Source of the DNA: Torpedo marmorata
Lineage: Eukaryota
Length of the DNA stretch: 64,000 bases
Direction of reading: 5' to 3'
Assembly (NCBI GenBank): GCA_977017645.1
Contig: OZ360225.1
Span: 6,324,001 to 6,388,000 of the forward strand
Positions 1 to 10,188 of the stretch are shown here, piece by piece (the first letter of the stretch is position 1; every line of letters starts with the position of its first letter). The notes under the pieces were generated by a model. The model saw nothing but the letters and a program-made list of their open reading frames with translations. It did no database searches and was not told the DNA's origin. Made by a program: the position numbers and the translations under genes.

Positions 1-10
1 CTGTAGGCCT

Positions 11-2386
11 GTGGCAACTAAAAGCAGGCATTACAGTGCCGAGGACAGAGCATTTATCAAGACGGAGGTACAGAGATTGCTACATGAAGGGATTATAGAG
101 AAGAGTAATAGTCCCTGGAGAGCCCAGGTGGTTGTAGTAAAAGGGGCCAAGAGCAGAATGGTGGTGGACTACAGCCAAACCATTAACAGGTTTACGCTAC
201 TAGACGCATACCCGCTACCACGGATAGCGGAGATGGTGAACCAAATTGCCCAATACCGGCTCTTCTCCACCATCGACTTGAAATCGGCATATCACCAGCT
301 CCCTATCCGTCGGGAGGACCGTTCATACACCGCGTTCGAGGCAGATGGCAGGCTGTTCCAATTCCTGCGCCTTCCGTTTGGTGTTACTAATGGTGTTTCT
401 GTTTTTCAGCGGGAGATGGACAGGATTGTGGACCATTACAAACTTAAAGCCACTTTCCCATATCTTGACGACATTACCATCTGTGGTTATGATCGTCAGG
501 ATCATGACAACAACCTCCGGAGGTTCCTGCAGGCGGCCAAAGCCCTAAACCTCACGTATAACAAAGAAAAATGCGTGTTTGGTACCACTCGCCTCGCTAT
601 TTTGGGGTATGTGGTCGAAAACGGGGTAATTGGACCAGACCCCGAACGCATGCGGCCCCTGCTGGAACTTCCGCTCCCCACCAACACCAGAGCCCTTAAA
701 CGATGCCTCGGGTTCTTTTCCTATTATGCGCAATGGGTCCCAAATTATGCGGCCAAGGCCCGACCCCTTGTGAAATCCACTGCATTTCCCCTTGTTTCGG
801 AGGCACGTAAGGCATTCGACCTTATAAAAGGGGACATTGCGCGAGCAACAATGCACGCAGTGGATGAGGAGACACCTTTCCAGGTGGAGAGTGACGCATC
901 GGACTTTGCGCTGGCTGCTACCCTCAACCAGGCGGGAAGGCCGGTGGCATTTTTCTCTCGAACCCTCCAGGGCCCCGAAATTCGGCACTCAGCGGTGGAG
1001 AAGGAAGCCCAGGCCATAGTGGAAGCCATCAGGCATTGGAGGCACTATCTCGCCGGTAAGCATTTTACCCTGCTGACAGATCAACGCTCTGTGGCATTCA
1101 TGTTCAACAATCAGCAGCGGGGTAAGATCAAAAATGACAAGATCATGAGGTGGAGAATAGAGCTCTCCACCTACAATTACGACATCATGTACCGGCCCAG
1201 GAAGCTCAATGAGCCCTCCGATGCTCTATCCCGGGGATCGTGCGCCAGCGCGCAGATCGACCGATTACACGCCATACATGACGACCTATGCCACCCAGGA
1301 ATTACCAGGCTCTTTCACCTCGTGAAGTCACAGAACCTGCCATACTCCCTGGAAGAGGTCAGGACAATGATCAGCAGTTGCCGGGTTTGCGCGGAGTGCA
1401 AACCCCTGTTCTACCGCCCCGACAAGGCACAGCTGATCAAAGCCACTCGCCCCTTTGAACGTCTCAGCATTGACTTCAAAGGGCCCCTTCCCTCCACGAA
1501 CCGCAATGTGTACTTTCTGAACATTATTGACGAGTACTCGCGGTTCCCCTTCGCCATTCCCTGCCCCGACACTTCGGCTGCATCAACCATAAAAGCTCTT
1601 CTCCAGGTCTTTACGCTGTTCGGCTTCCTGAACTACATTCATAGCGACCGGGGATCAGATTTTATGAGTGAGGAGCTGCGCCAGTACCTGCTGACCCGGG
1701 GCATCGCCACTAGTAGGACCACCGCATACAACCCCCGAGGTAATGGACAGGTGGAAAGGGAGAACGCCACTGTCTGGAAGGCGGCGCTCCTGGCTCTCAA
1801 GTCCAGGGGACTGCCGGTTTCCCGCTGGCAAGATGTTCTCCCCGAAGCCCTCCATTCGATACGGTCCTTACTGTGCACAGCCACCAATGTAACGCCTCAT
1901 GAGAGATTTTTCTCCTTCTCCAGGAGGTCGAACACCGGAACCGCCCTGCCTGCCTGGCTTACGTCTCCGGGGCCGGTGCTGCTCTGCAACCACCTCCGGA
2001 GCAGCAAATATGAGCCCGCGGTCCAGAGGGTGCAGTTAGCGCACGCTAATCCGCAGTACGCCTACGTGGTCTTCCCGGATGGGAGAGAGGACACGGTCTT
2101 AATTCAGGACCTGGCGCCCGCGGGAGCGCTGGAGGAACCTCTCGACGGGCAAGACCACTCGCTGCGGCCCCTCGCTATTCCCTCTTCTACAACGTCAGAC
2201 CAGGCACTCTCGATGGAACCCACAATCCTGCCATCTCACCCAGCACCACAGGAGGAGGCGACGGCCTTGCCATCTTCCCCTGCACCACAACCCGCACCCA
2301 GGGTACCCCCTGCACCACAACCCGCACCCAGGGTACTGCGCAGGTCACAAAGGCGAGCCAAACCACCGGATCGCCTTGACCTGTAA
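11..2386 (+). CDS. pol: Gypsy pol (RT-RNaseH-integrase), uninterrupted within the window, no chromodomain
   Basis: 791-aa ORF with LPFG/YLDD, SDASDFA, H-X4-H..C-X2-C and DDE motifs; ends RRSQRRAKPPDRLDL; frame continues off the window's left edge. Confidence 0.95.
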   Translation: MATKSRHYSAEDRAFIKTEVQRLLHEGIIEKSNSPWRAQVVVVKGAKSRMVVDYSQTINRFTLLDAYPLPRIAEMVNQIAQYRLFSTIDLKSAYHQLPIRREDRSYTAFEADGRLFQFLRLPFGVTNGVSVFQREMDRIVDHYKLKATFPYLDDITICGYDRQDHDNNLRRFLQAAKALNLTYNKEKCVFGTTRLAILGYVVENGVIGPDPERMRPLLELPLPTNTRALKRCLGFFSYYAQWVPNYAAKARPLVKSTAFPLVSEARKAFDLIKGDIARATMHAVDEETPFQVESDASDFALAATLNQAGRPVAFFSRTLQGPEIRHSAVEKEAQAIVEAIRHWRHYLAGKHFTLLTDQRSVAFMFNNQQRGKIKNDKIMRWRIELSTYNYDIMYRPRKLNEPSDALSRGSCASAQIDRLHAIHDDLCHPGITRLFHLVKSQNLPYSLEEVRTMISSCRVCAECKPLFYRPDKAQLIKATRPFERLSIDFKGPLPSTNRNVYFLNIIDEYSRFPFAIPCPDTSAASTIKALLQVFTLFGFLNYIHSDRGSDFMSEELRQYLLTRGIATSRTTAYNPRGNGQVERENATVWKAALLALKSRGLPVSRWQDVLPEALHSIRSLLCTATNVTPHERFFSFSRRSNTGTALPAWLTSPGPVLLCNHLRSSKYEPAVQRVQLAHANPQYAYVVFPDGREDTVLIQDLAPAGALEEPLDGQDHSLRPLAIPSSTTSDQALSMEPTILPSHPAPQEEATALPSSPAPQPAPRVPPAPQPAPRVLRRSQRRAKPPDRLDL

Positions 2387-2472
2387 AATATGACTGTAAA
2401 TATTTTGAATTCCTGTAGTGATTATATTGTGGCCACTTCACCCCGCTGGACTCTTTTAAAAGGAGGGGTGAA

Positions 2473-2717
2473 TGTGGTAAACCACTGTTTGTGTATATTA
2501 TGTACTGCTGTCTGTCCCGGCAACTCCTCTCCCCTCCTTTGGGTGTCCAGGTAATCCCTCCCCTTTTCTCACCCGAATAAAGGCTTGTGTGCCACGGCTC
2601 CGCCCACAGTCCGGGATAGATCTGCAGGTCCACTGTAGGTCTGTTTTTATGTCTATTAAAGCCTATGGTTCGTTAACCCTCTCATAGTCTCTTGAGTGCT
2701 AATTGATAGGCATATCA
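2473..2717 (+). repeat. 3' LTR of Gypsy copy 1 (245 bp)
   Basis: TGTGGTAAACCAC...GGCATATCA directly after the PPT; homologous to LTRs at 4749, 9026, 37514, 41857. Confidence 0.93.
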
Positions 2718-3230
2718 GTGCACCCATCTGATTCAAGGTATAATGCGTTCAAGACGTAGAAAAGAGCTGCACATGAGGGGATTGTGGCAGCTCCTGAGAA
2801 TCTTGTTCCTCAGGAAAGCTGCTCCCCTTGTTCTCCTCAGCCACCACCGCCTACCCCGTGGCACCATCCGCCTGGTTCCCCGCACGGACTCAGTGGGGAA
2901 CAGGAACTCTGAGCTGTGCCGGGATCCCAACACCTGACCCATTCTGCCACTGTCCGTGCCGTCCTCAGCATCCCGGCCTGGCGTCCATCCGGATGGCGAT
3001 ACCGTAGAGATGATGGCAAGCTCCCGCCGTTGCACTTCAAGTGCTTACCTGCTGTTGCAGGCCTCGCTCACCTTTACAAATGTGGAGCTCCTTCGTGGAA
3101 ATTCTGCAAATGCCTCTGCATTGTCCCAGAGCCATGCAGCTTTCAAATAAAATGATGGCATTTCTCACTGGTGTGGCCAGGTCACAAGTTAATTTGGCAA
3201 TTCATGTTCCAGGCAGCTGCAGATGCCTGA
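2718..3230 (+). mobile_element. possible degenerate Tx1/L1-type ORF2 remnant
   Basis: GC-rich fragmented frames; the peptide FLTGVARSQVNLAIH weakly resembles the Tx1 ORF2 C-terminus. Confidence 0.3.
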
Positions 3231-3940
3231 TGTGATGCTTTAAGCCTTCTGAGAAACAAGAAGAATGTTGCCACTCCATTTGTCGATTCAGAATGCTAAG
3301 GATTGGTCTTCTGTGATAAACACTTCTCTTTTTCCCCTTTCTGCTGTATAGCCGCGGGTCTGTAAGAACTCACCTGCTGCCAATCCTGCTGGCGCCTCTG
3401 GCAGTGTTCTAGCTGTTCATCCTCCTCTTTAACTGAGATTCAATGTGAAGCAGTGGAAGTGGTGAAAATAATGATCTGACAGAGCAAGTCTTCAGAGTGT
3501 AAATCAGTTCACAAAGCCTAATTTTTCAGACAATCTCCACTGTGTGTAAGGTAAGGTCTCACCACCCGTGCTGTTCCCACAAGACGGTGAGAAAGCTGCC
3601 GGGAATAACGAGTCTCACTGGATGAGTTCATTCCCATGCCTTCAGCCCCCTCATTTGTCCATTGTCCTTTCCCACATTGACAGATTCCAGAAGGCCTGGA
3701 AGCACAAAGTGATCAACAAAATCCCCTGTCATTATTGTTTTATTAGCATGTGATAATTGGCAAATTGCAATTCGAACTGTTGTGGGCTCCCCTCTGTTGT
3801 GGTGTGAAGGACTCCACTGCAGCCCTGCTGAACTGTGAACAATGTCCAGAGAATTACTTCATCTAAAATGGACACAGACTTTCAGTCCACTAAACAACAA
3901 GCCGAAGCTACTTCAAACTGACTGTGAAGCAAAGCCTTTT

Positions 3941-4183
3941 AATTTAATTTAATTTAGACATACAGCACGGTAACAGGCCATTTCAGCCCACGAGTCCATG
4001 CCGCCCAATTACACCCGATTAACCTACAACCCCCGGTACGTTTCGTATAGAGGGAGGAAACTGGAGCCCCAAGGGAAAACCCACGCAGACACGGGGAGAA
4101 CATACCAGCGCGGGATTTGAACCCCGGTCCCGATCGCTGGCGCTGTAAAGGTGTTGCGCTAACCGCTACGCCAACCGTGCCGC
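3941..4183 (-). mobile_element. tRNA-derived V-domain SINE (HE1-like)
   Basis: Minus strand A box TGGCGTAGCGG and B box GGTTCAAATCC, V-domain-like GTTCTCCCCGTGTCTGCGTGGG, CR1-like 3' end and (TAAAT)n tail; near-identical copy at 60398-60650. Confidence 0.85.
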
Positions 4184-4539
4184 TTTATCAGAAGTGCTGA
4201 CCTACTTGATTAGGTTTGTTTGTCATTATCTCCAAGTCTTGCAAAACTCTGATTGTTCTTGTGCACTCTGCTTTCCCAATGGGCTCACAAGGCATTTAAG
4301 TCTCGATAAAGGATTAACGTTGGCTGACCATTTCTGCCCATGGATCCTGTCTGACCCATTGTGTTCCTCCAGTGATTCTTTGATTGCTCAAGGTTCCAGC
4401 ATCTGCAGTCTTTGTGGTTCTCTTTCACATTTATCATTTTAATTAGCCTGCAAATAATCAAGATGTACAATAAGGAGGCTGATCATCTCAGTTGTCTTTG
4501 CCTCCAATTTGCTCATGATGTAATACACAAACGTGCTTG

Positions 4540-4670
4540 AGAAATGTCAGAAGGGCCCAGGCCCGAAACTTTTATTGCCCTTCATTCGCGCTGCGTAACC
4601 TGCTGAGTTTCTCCAGTACGTGTGTCTGTTATTCTCGACCCCAGCATCTGCACACTTTCTTGTTTAACTC
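4540..4670 (+). mobile_element. degenerate Penelope pLTR fragment
   Basis: GAAGGGCCCAGGCCCGAAAC and ACCTGCTGAGTTTCTCCAG resemble the pLTR at 12100-12250. Confidence 0.55.
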
Positions 4671-4748
4671 TCGAATGATGCACTCATTTACCTTTCAGTC
4701 TGTTCAAGTCAAGTCAAGTTTATCGTTATCTGATTGCACAAATACAAC

Positions 4749-5011
4749 TGTGGTAAATCACTGTTATGTGTATTGTGGGCTGGTGATTAGTATGGGCATG
4801 TCCTGCTGTCTGTCCCGGTGGCTCCTCCCCTGTTCCTGGCTGTCCCGGTAATCCCTCCCCCTTCCTTCCCCGAATAAATGCCCTTGTGCCACTGCTCCGC
4901 CTCAGTCAGGGATCAGATCTGCAGGTCAACTGTAGCTTCATTTATAGATAATAAAAGCCTATGGTTCGTATTCTACTCATAGTCTCTTGAGTGTTATTGA
5001 TAGGCCTATCA
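4749..5011 (+). repeat. 5' LTR of Gypsy copy 2
   Basis: TG..CA direct repeat of 9026-9289. Confidence 0.96.
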
Positions 5012-5034
5012 ATTTTATTATCTATAAAAATCTG

Positions 5035-8000
5035 ATGGAGAGCGCACTAAGACCGGACAGGTTGGACATCGACCCTCTAGCTCCTGACGCCGGTAATGCT
5101 TTCGAACACTGGCTGCATTGTTTCGAGTCTTTCTTAAGGACGATCAAGGCGGAAAGCGAGGACGAGAAACAGACGGTCCTCGTGTCCAGGGTAAGCCCTC
5201 GGGTATTTTCAACGATTCGGGACTGTAAAACCTACGCGGAGGCTATGGACGCCCTGAAAAGAATCTATATAATGCCAGTTAACACGGTCTACGCAAGGCA
5301 TCGGCTATCAACGCGGAAACAGCGGACCGGGGAGTCGATCATCGAGTTTGTCAGAGACATACAGTCGCTGGTGCGGGCGTGCGGTTGCAAGGCGCTGACG
5401 GCAGAGGAACATGCGGAACTGCTGGGGAGAGACACGTTTGTCATGGGGATCAGGTCGGTATACGTGCGCCAGCAGCTGCTGGAGCACGCCGACCTGGACC
5501 TCCGTACCACGGTTGCAATGGCCCACACGCTGGAGGCCGCGCTGCGTAACTCTGACGCCATGCAGGCGCGCGTCCTCCAGCCGGCCACGTGGACAGCCCC
5601 GTCCCCCAACCCTACCAGCGATCTGACCGCTGCCGCCGTCTGCCGCGACCAGATCGCAGCCGCCGCAATCCGCGAACTCACCGCCGCAGCCGTTAACCGC
5701 GAGCCCGAGAAGTGCTACTTCTGCGGGCTCGATAAGCACCCACGCAAACGCTGCCCGACCCGCGACGCGACTTGCTCCAGCTGCGGCAAGAAAGGCCACT
5801 ATGCAAATGCCTGCCGCTCTAAGCCATGAGCGGGACCGAGCAGCGCCGCGTGCGAGATACGGGAGTGGCCATCTTACCTTCTGTCACTTCCGGCGTTGAC
5901 ATCGTGCGAGGAGTGGAGGTGGCCATCTTTGACGCTGGCACTTCCGGCGCCGCCATCTTACAGCACTACATCGGCACTTCCGGCGCCGCCATCTTGCAGC
6001 TCCAGCAGCCGCGACACGTGCGACCCACGGGGGCGGCCATCTTTGTTAGCGCCGGATCAAGACGACTACATCCCGACTCTAGCATCCGCCACCCTCGACC
6101 AGAGTGTGCCCAATCAACTGTCGCGATCCGTGATGGACATCCTGGTGGAGGGGCACAAGACCACCTGCCTGTTCGATACAGGCAGCATGAAGAGCTTCAT
6201 ACACCCGGATACTGTGCAGCGCTGTGGCCTAACTACCGTACCGGTAAGCCAGAGGGTGGCCATGGCGTCCGGGTCGCACACAATGGACATCCGGGGGGCT
6301 TGTGTGGCGAACATTGTGGTACAGGGAACAGAGTATCGGCACTTTTCGTTATTTGTTATGCCTCGTTTGTGTGCGCCGGTATTACTGGGTCTTGACTTTC
6401 AGAGCCATTTACGAAGTGTCACGATGCGCTACGACGGTCCCCACCCTGCGATCACTGTAGCTAACCACCAGTTCCTGGACAGCACGCCCCAGACTACCTG
6501 TGGTCTCTCCACACTTAAGATCTCGCCCCCGTCGCTATTCGCCAACCTGATCCCTGACTGTAAGCCCGTGGCAACCAAGAGCAGGCGATACAGTGCAGGG
6601 GACAGAGCGTTTATCAGGGCGGAGGTGCAGCGATTATTACAGGAGGGGATCATCGAGCCAAGTAATAGCCCCTGGAGAGCCCAGGTAGTCATAGTAAAAG
6701 GGGCCAAGAGCAGGATGGTGGTGGACTATAGCCAGACTATTAACCGATTCACGCAACTGGACGCATATCCGCTACCACGAATAGCGGATATAGTGAATTA
6801 CATAGCCCAGTATAGGCTATTTTCGACGATAGATCTGAAATCAGCATACCACCAGCTCCCTATCCGTCGGGAGGACCGTTCGTACACCGCTTTCGAGGCA
6901 AACGGCAGGCTGTTCCATTTCCTGCGCATTCCTTTCGGAGTCACAAATGGGGTGTCCGTATTCCAGCGGGAGATGGACAGGATAGTTGATCATTATAAAC
7001 TTAAAGCCACCTTCCCATACCTGGACGACATCACCATATGTGGTCATGATCGCCAGGATCATGATAACAACCTTCGGAAGTTCCTGCAGGCGGCCAAGGC
7101 GCTAAACCTCACGTATAACAAAGACAAATGCATGTTTGGTACCACCCGCCTCGCCATTCTGTGGTGCGTCGTCGAGAACGGGGTTATTGGACCCGACCCC
7201 GACCGCATGTGACCCCTGCTGGAACTTCCGCTTCCCCACACCCCCAAAGCCCTTAAACGATGCCTCGGGTTCTTCTCGTACTATGCGCAGTGGGTCCCCA
7301 ATTATGCCGATAAAGCCCGACCCCTTGTCAAATCCACCACGTTTCCCCTTGGATCGGAGGCACGTAAGGCTTTTGACCTTATAAAAGGGGACATTGCACG
7401 AGCAACAATGCACGCGGTGGATGAATCGAAATCTTTCCAGGTGGAGAGTGACGCATCGGACTTCGCGCTGGCTGCTACCCTCAACCAGGCGGGAAGACCA
7501 GTGGCGTTCTTCTCACGGACCCTCCAAGGCCCCGAAATTCAGCACTCCGCGGTTGAGAAAGAGGCCCAGGCCATAGTGGAGGCCATCAGGCACTGGAGGC
7601 ACTATCTCGCCGGTAAGCATTTTAACCTGCTGACGGATCAACGCTCTGTGGCGTTTATGTTCAACAACCAGCAGCGGGGTAAGATCAAAAATGATAAGAT
7701 CATGAGGTGGAGAATAGAGCTTTCCACCTACAATTACGACATCCTGTACCGGCCCGGGAAGCTCAATGAGCCCTCCGATGCTCTATCCCGGGGATCGTGC
7801 GCCAGCGCGCAGATCAACCGATTGTATTCCCTCCACTGTGACCTCTGCCACCCAGGAGTTACCAGGCTGTTCCACTTCATAAAAGCCAGGAACCTGCCCT
7901 ACTCCCTGGAAGAGGTCAGGACAATGACCAGCAGTTGTCGGGTCTGTGCGGAGTGCAAACCTCAGTTCTACTGCCCCGACAAGGCACAGCTGGTCAAAGC

Positions 8001-8919
8001 CACCCGCCCTTTTGAACGTCTCAGCATCGACTTCAAGGGCCCCCTTCCCTCCACGGACCGCAATGTGTATTTCCTCAATATCATTGATGAATACTCGCGG
8101 TTCTCCTTTGCCATTCCCTGCCCCGATACTTCGGCTACCTCAACCATTAAAGCTCTTCGCCAGGTATTTACGCTATTTGGCTTCCCGAACTATATACATA
8201 GCGACCGGGGATCAGCTTTTATGAGTGAAGAGCTGCGACAGTACCTGCAGGCCCGAGGCATCGCCACTAGTAGGACCACAGGGTACAACCCACGGGGAAA
8301 CGGACAAGTGGAGAGTGAGAATGCCACTGTCTGGAAGGCCACGCTCTTGGCCCTCAAGTCAAAGGGGCTGCCGGTCTCCCGCTGGCAAGAGGTCCTCCCC
8401 GAAGCCCTCCACTCTATCCGGTCCCTGCTGTGCACGTCCACAAATTCAACCCCTCACGAACGACTTTTCTCCTTCCCCAGGAAGTCGACCACCGGAACCA
8501 CCCTACCTGCCTGGCTGACGTCCCCGGGACCAGTGCTGCTCCGCAAGCACCTTCGGAGCAGCAAATACGAACCTATGGTCCAGAGGGTGCAGTTAGCACA
8601 CGCTAACCCTCAATACGCCTACGTGGTCTTCCCTGATGGGCGGGAAGACACAGTGTCAATTCGCGACCTGGCGCCCGCAGGAGCGCCGGGAGAAGCCCTT
8701 GACATGGAAGACCACTTGCCGCAGCCCCTCCCCACCCCTTCCCACAGTACGTCAGCTCCAGCACCCTCGCCGGGGCCAAATACGCCACAAGAAGCCAGGC
8801 AGGAGGCAACTCTGCAGACAACCCTGCCATCTCCCCCATCACCACAACCCGCCCCGTCACCGCGGGTACTGCGCAGGTCGCAGCGGCGGATCAAACCGCC
8901 GGATCGCCTCGACCTGTAA
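5035..8919 (+). pseudogene. gag-pol: single gag-pol ORF with two premature TGA stops (5827, 7210)
   Basis: ORF pieces 4987, 5896 and 7408 share one frame; two CCHC knuckles, protease LFDTGS, RT YLDD, RNase H, integrase; both stops sit at Arg codons of the sister copies. Confidence 0.93.
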
Positions 8920-9025
8920 AATATCTGTTTATATCTGTTTATATCTGCCGTTTGTATTTTGTATTTTGTAAATAATCACAGTGGCCACGTCACCCCGCTG
9001 GACTCTTTTAAAAAGGAGGGGTGAA

Positions 9026-9289
9026 TGTGGTAAACCACTGTTATGTGTATTGTGGGCTGGGGATTAGTATGGGCATGTCCTGCTGTCTGTCCCGGTGGCT
9101 CCTCCCCTGTTCCTGGCTGTCCCGGTAATCCCTCCCCCTTCCTTCCCCGAATAAAGGCCCTTGTGCCACTGCTCCGCCCCCAGTCCGGGATCAGATCTGC
9201 AGGTCAACTGTAGCTTCATTTATAGATAATAAAAGCCTATGGTTCGTATTCTACTCATAGTCTCTTGAGTGTTATTGATAGGCCTATCA
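9026..9289 (+). repeat. 3' LTR of Gypsy copy 2
   Basis: Direct repeat of 4749-5011, followed by the TSD. Confidence 0.96.
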
Positions 9290-9968
9290 ACAACCCGACG
9301 AAACAGCGTTCTCCGGTCCTCGGTGCAAAACAAGCAGACAACACAACCAGACATAACACACATACAGAAAAAGAATACATATGCGGGACAAGTATTCATA
9401 CAAATAAATAAATAAACATTGTTTTGTAAATATGAGAGTCTCGGATGGTTAGTGTGAGCAGTTCCTTTGGTCGTTCAGCATTCTCACTGCCCATGGGAAG
9501 AAGCTATTCCTCAGCCTGGTGGTGCTGGCTCTGATACTCCTGTATCTCTTCCCTGACGGGAGTAGCTGAAAGATACTGTGTGCAGGGGTGGAAGGGGTCC
9601 TCAATGATTTTGTGCGCTCTTTTCAGACAACGATCCCAATTGGGGGGGAGGGGGGGAGGGATTCTCCAGTGATCCTCTCTGCCACTCTTATGGTCCTGTG
9701 GATCCATTTATCTGCAGCTACCATACCACACTGTGATGCTGCCGGCCAGGACACTCACGATAGAGCATCTGTAGAAGGTTGACATAATTCAGCTACAGAC
9801 CTGAGTTCTGCACCTTGGCACAATCCTCCCTCAAAGCCTCTGTGCAGGATACAATGTTGGAGCTGGGCAGTGAAGTCCTTGCAGATCTATATTTGTATTG
9901 GTAAAAAACACAAAAGCTGGAGAACTCAGCAGGTCAAACAGTGTCTTTTATGTAGCAAAGGTAGAAAT

Positions 9969-10010
9969 ACATAACCGACGTTTCGGGCTTGAGCCCTTCA
10001 TCAAAGTATG
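9969..10010 (-). ncRNA. minimal type I hammerhead ribozyme motif (left pLTR)
   Basis: Reverse complement of the motif at 12102-12143. Confidence 0.7.
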
Positions 10011-10188
10011 AGAAAATGCCGGCAGGCGTCCGAACAAAGGAGTGAGGGGGGAAGGGAGGTGGCAAAGGCAGGAGATGATAGGTGGAGAAAGGAGGGAGGG
10101 GACAGCAGCAAAGAGGGGGAGGAGGGATGGCTGGGTGGGTGGAAAAAAACAGGTGAGGGGGGAGGGGGGAGAGAGAACAACAAACAGG

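Larger units (their letters stand above)
1..2717 (+). mobile_element. Gypsy LTR retrotransposon copy 1 (5' part outside window)
   Basis: RT (YLDD), RNase H (VESDAS) and integrase (HHCC, DFKG..HSDRG..E) ORF, then PPT AAAAGGAGGGGTGAA and a TG..CA LTR related to copies 2 and 3. Confidence 0.97.
4749..9289 (+). mobile_element. Gypsy LTR retrotransposon copy 2, full length
   Basis: LTRs 4749-5011 and 9026-9289 (about 5 substitutions + 1 indel by eye); TSD ACAAC at 4744-4748 and 9290-9294; PPT before 9026. Confidence 0.98.
4703..9790 (-). mobile_element. Rex/Babar-type LINE 3' fragment interrupted by Gypsy copy 2
   Basis: CAAGT-repeat tail at 4703; sequence joins across the ACAAC TSD; homologous to 16906-17838. 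Confidence 0.75.

Noticed and set aside
2277-2336. 30-bp tandem duplication at the end of pol
   Set aside because: In-frame duplication in a variable proline-rich tail, with no further signal.
3389-3404. CTCF-like GGCGCCTCTGGCAG
   Set aside because: Spacing is one base short of the CTCF core consensus.
4105-4183. tRNA gene
   Set aside because: It is the head of a SINE with a body, a tail and a second copy in the window.
5824-5832. Apparent gag stop suggesting separate gag and pol ORFs or readthrough
   Set aside because: Copy 3 has CGA here in a continuous frame, so this is a CpG decay mutation.
5826-6395. 189-aa overlapping -1 frame ORF, also open in copy 3 (38614-39180)
   Set aside because: Its ATG arises from the same change that creates the gag stop and is absent in copy 3. 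The region is GC-rich and the copies are too similar for shared openness to be evidence.
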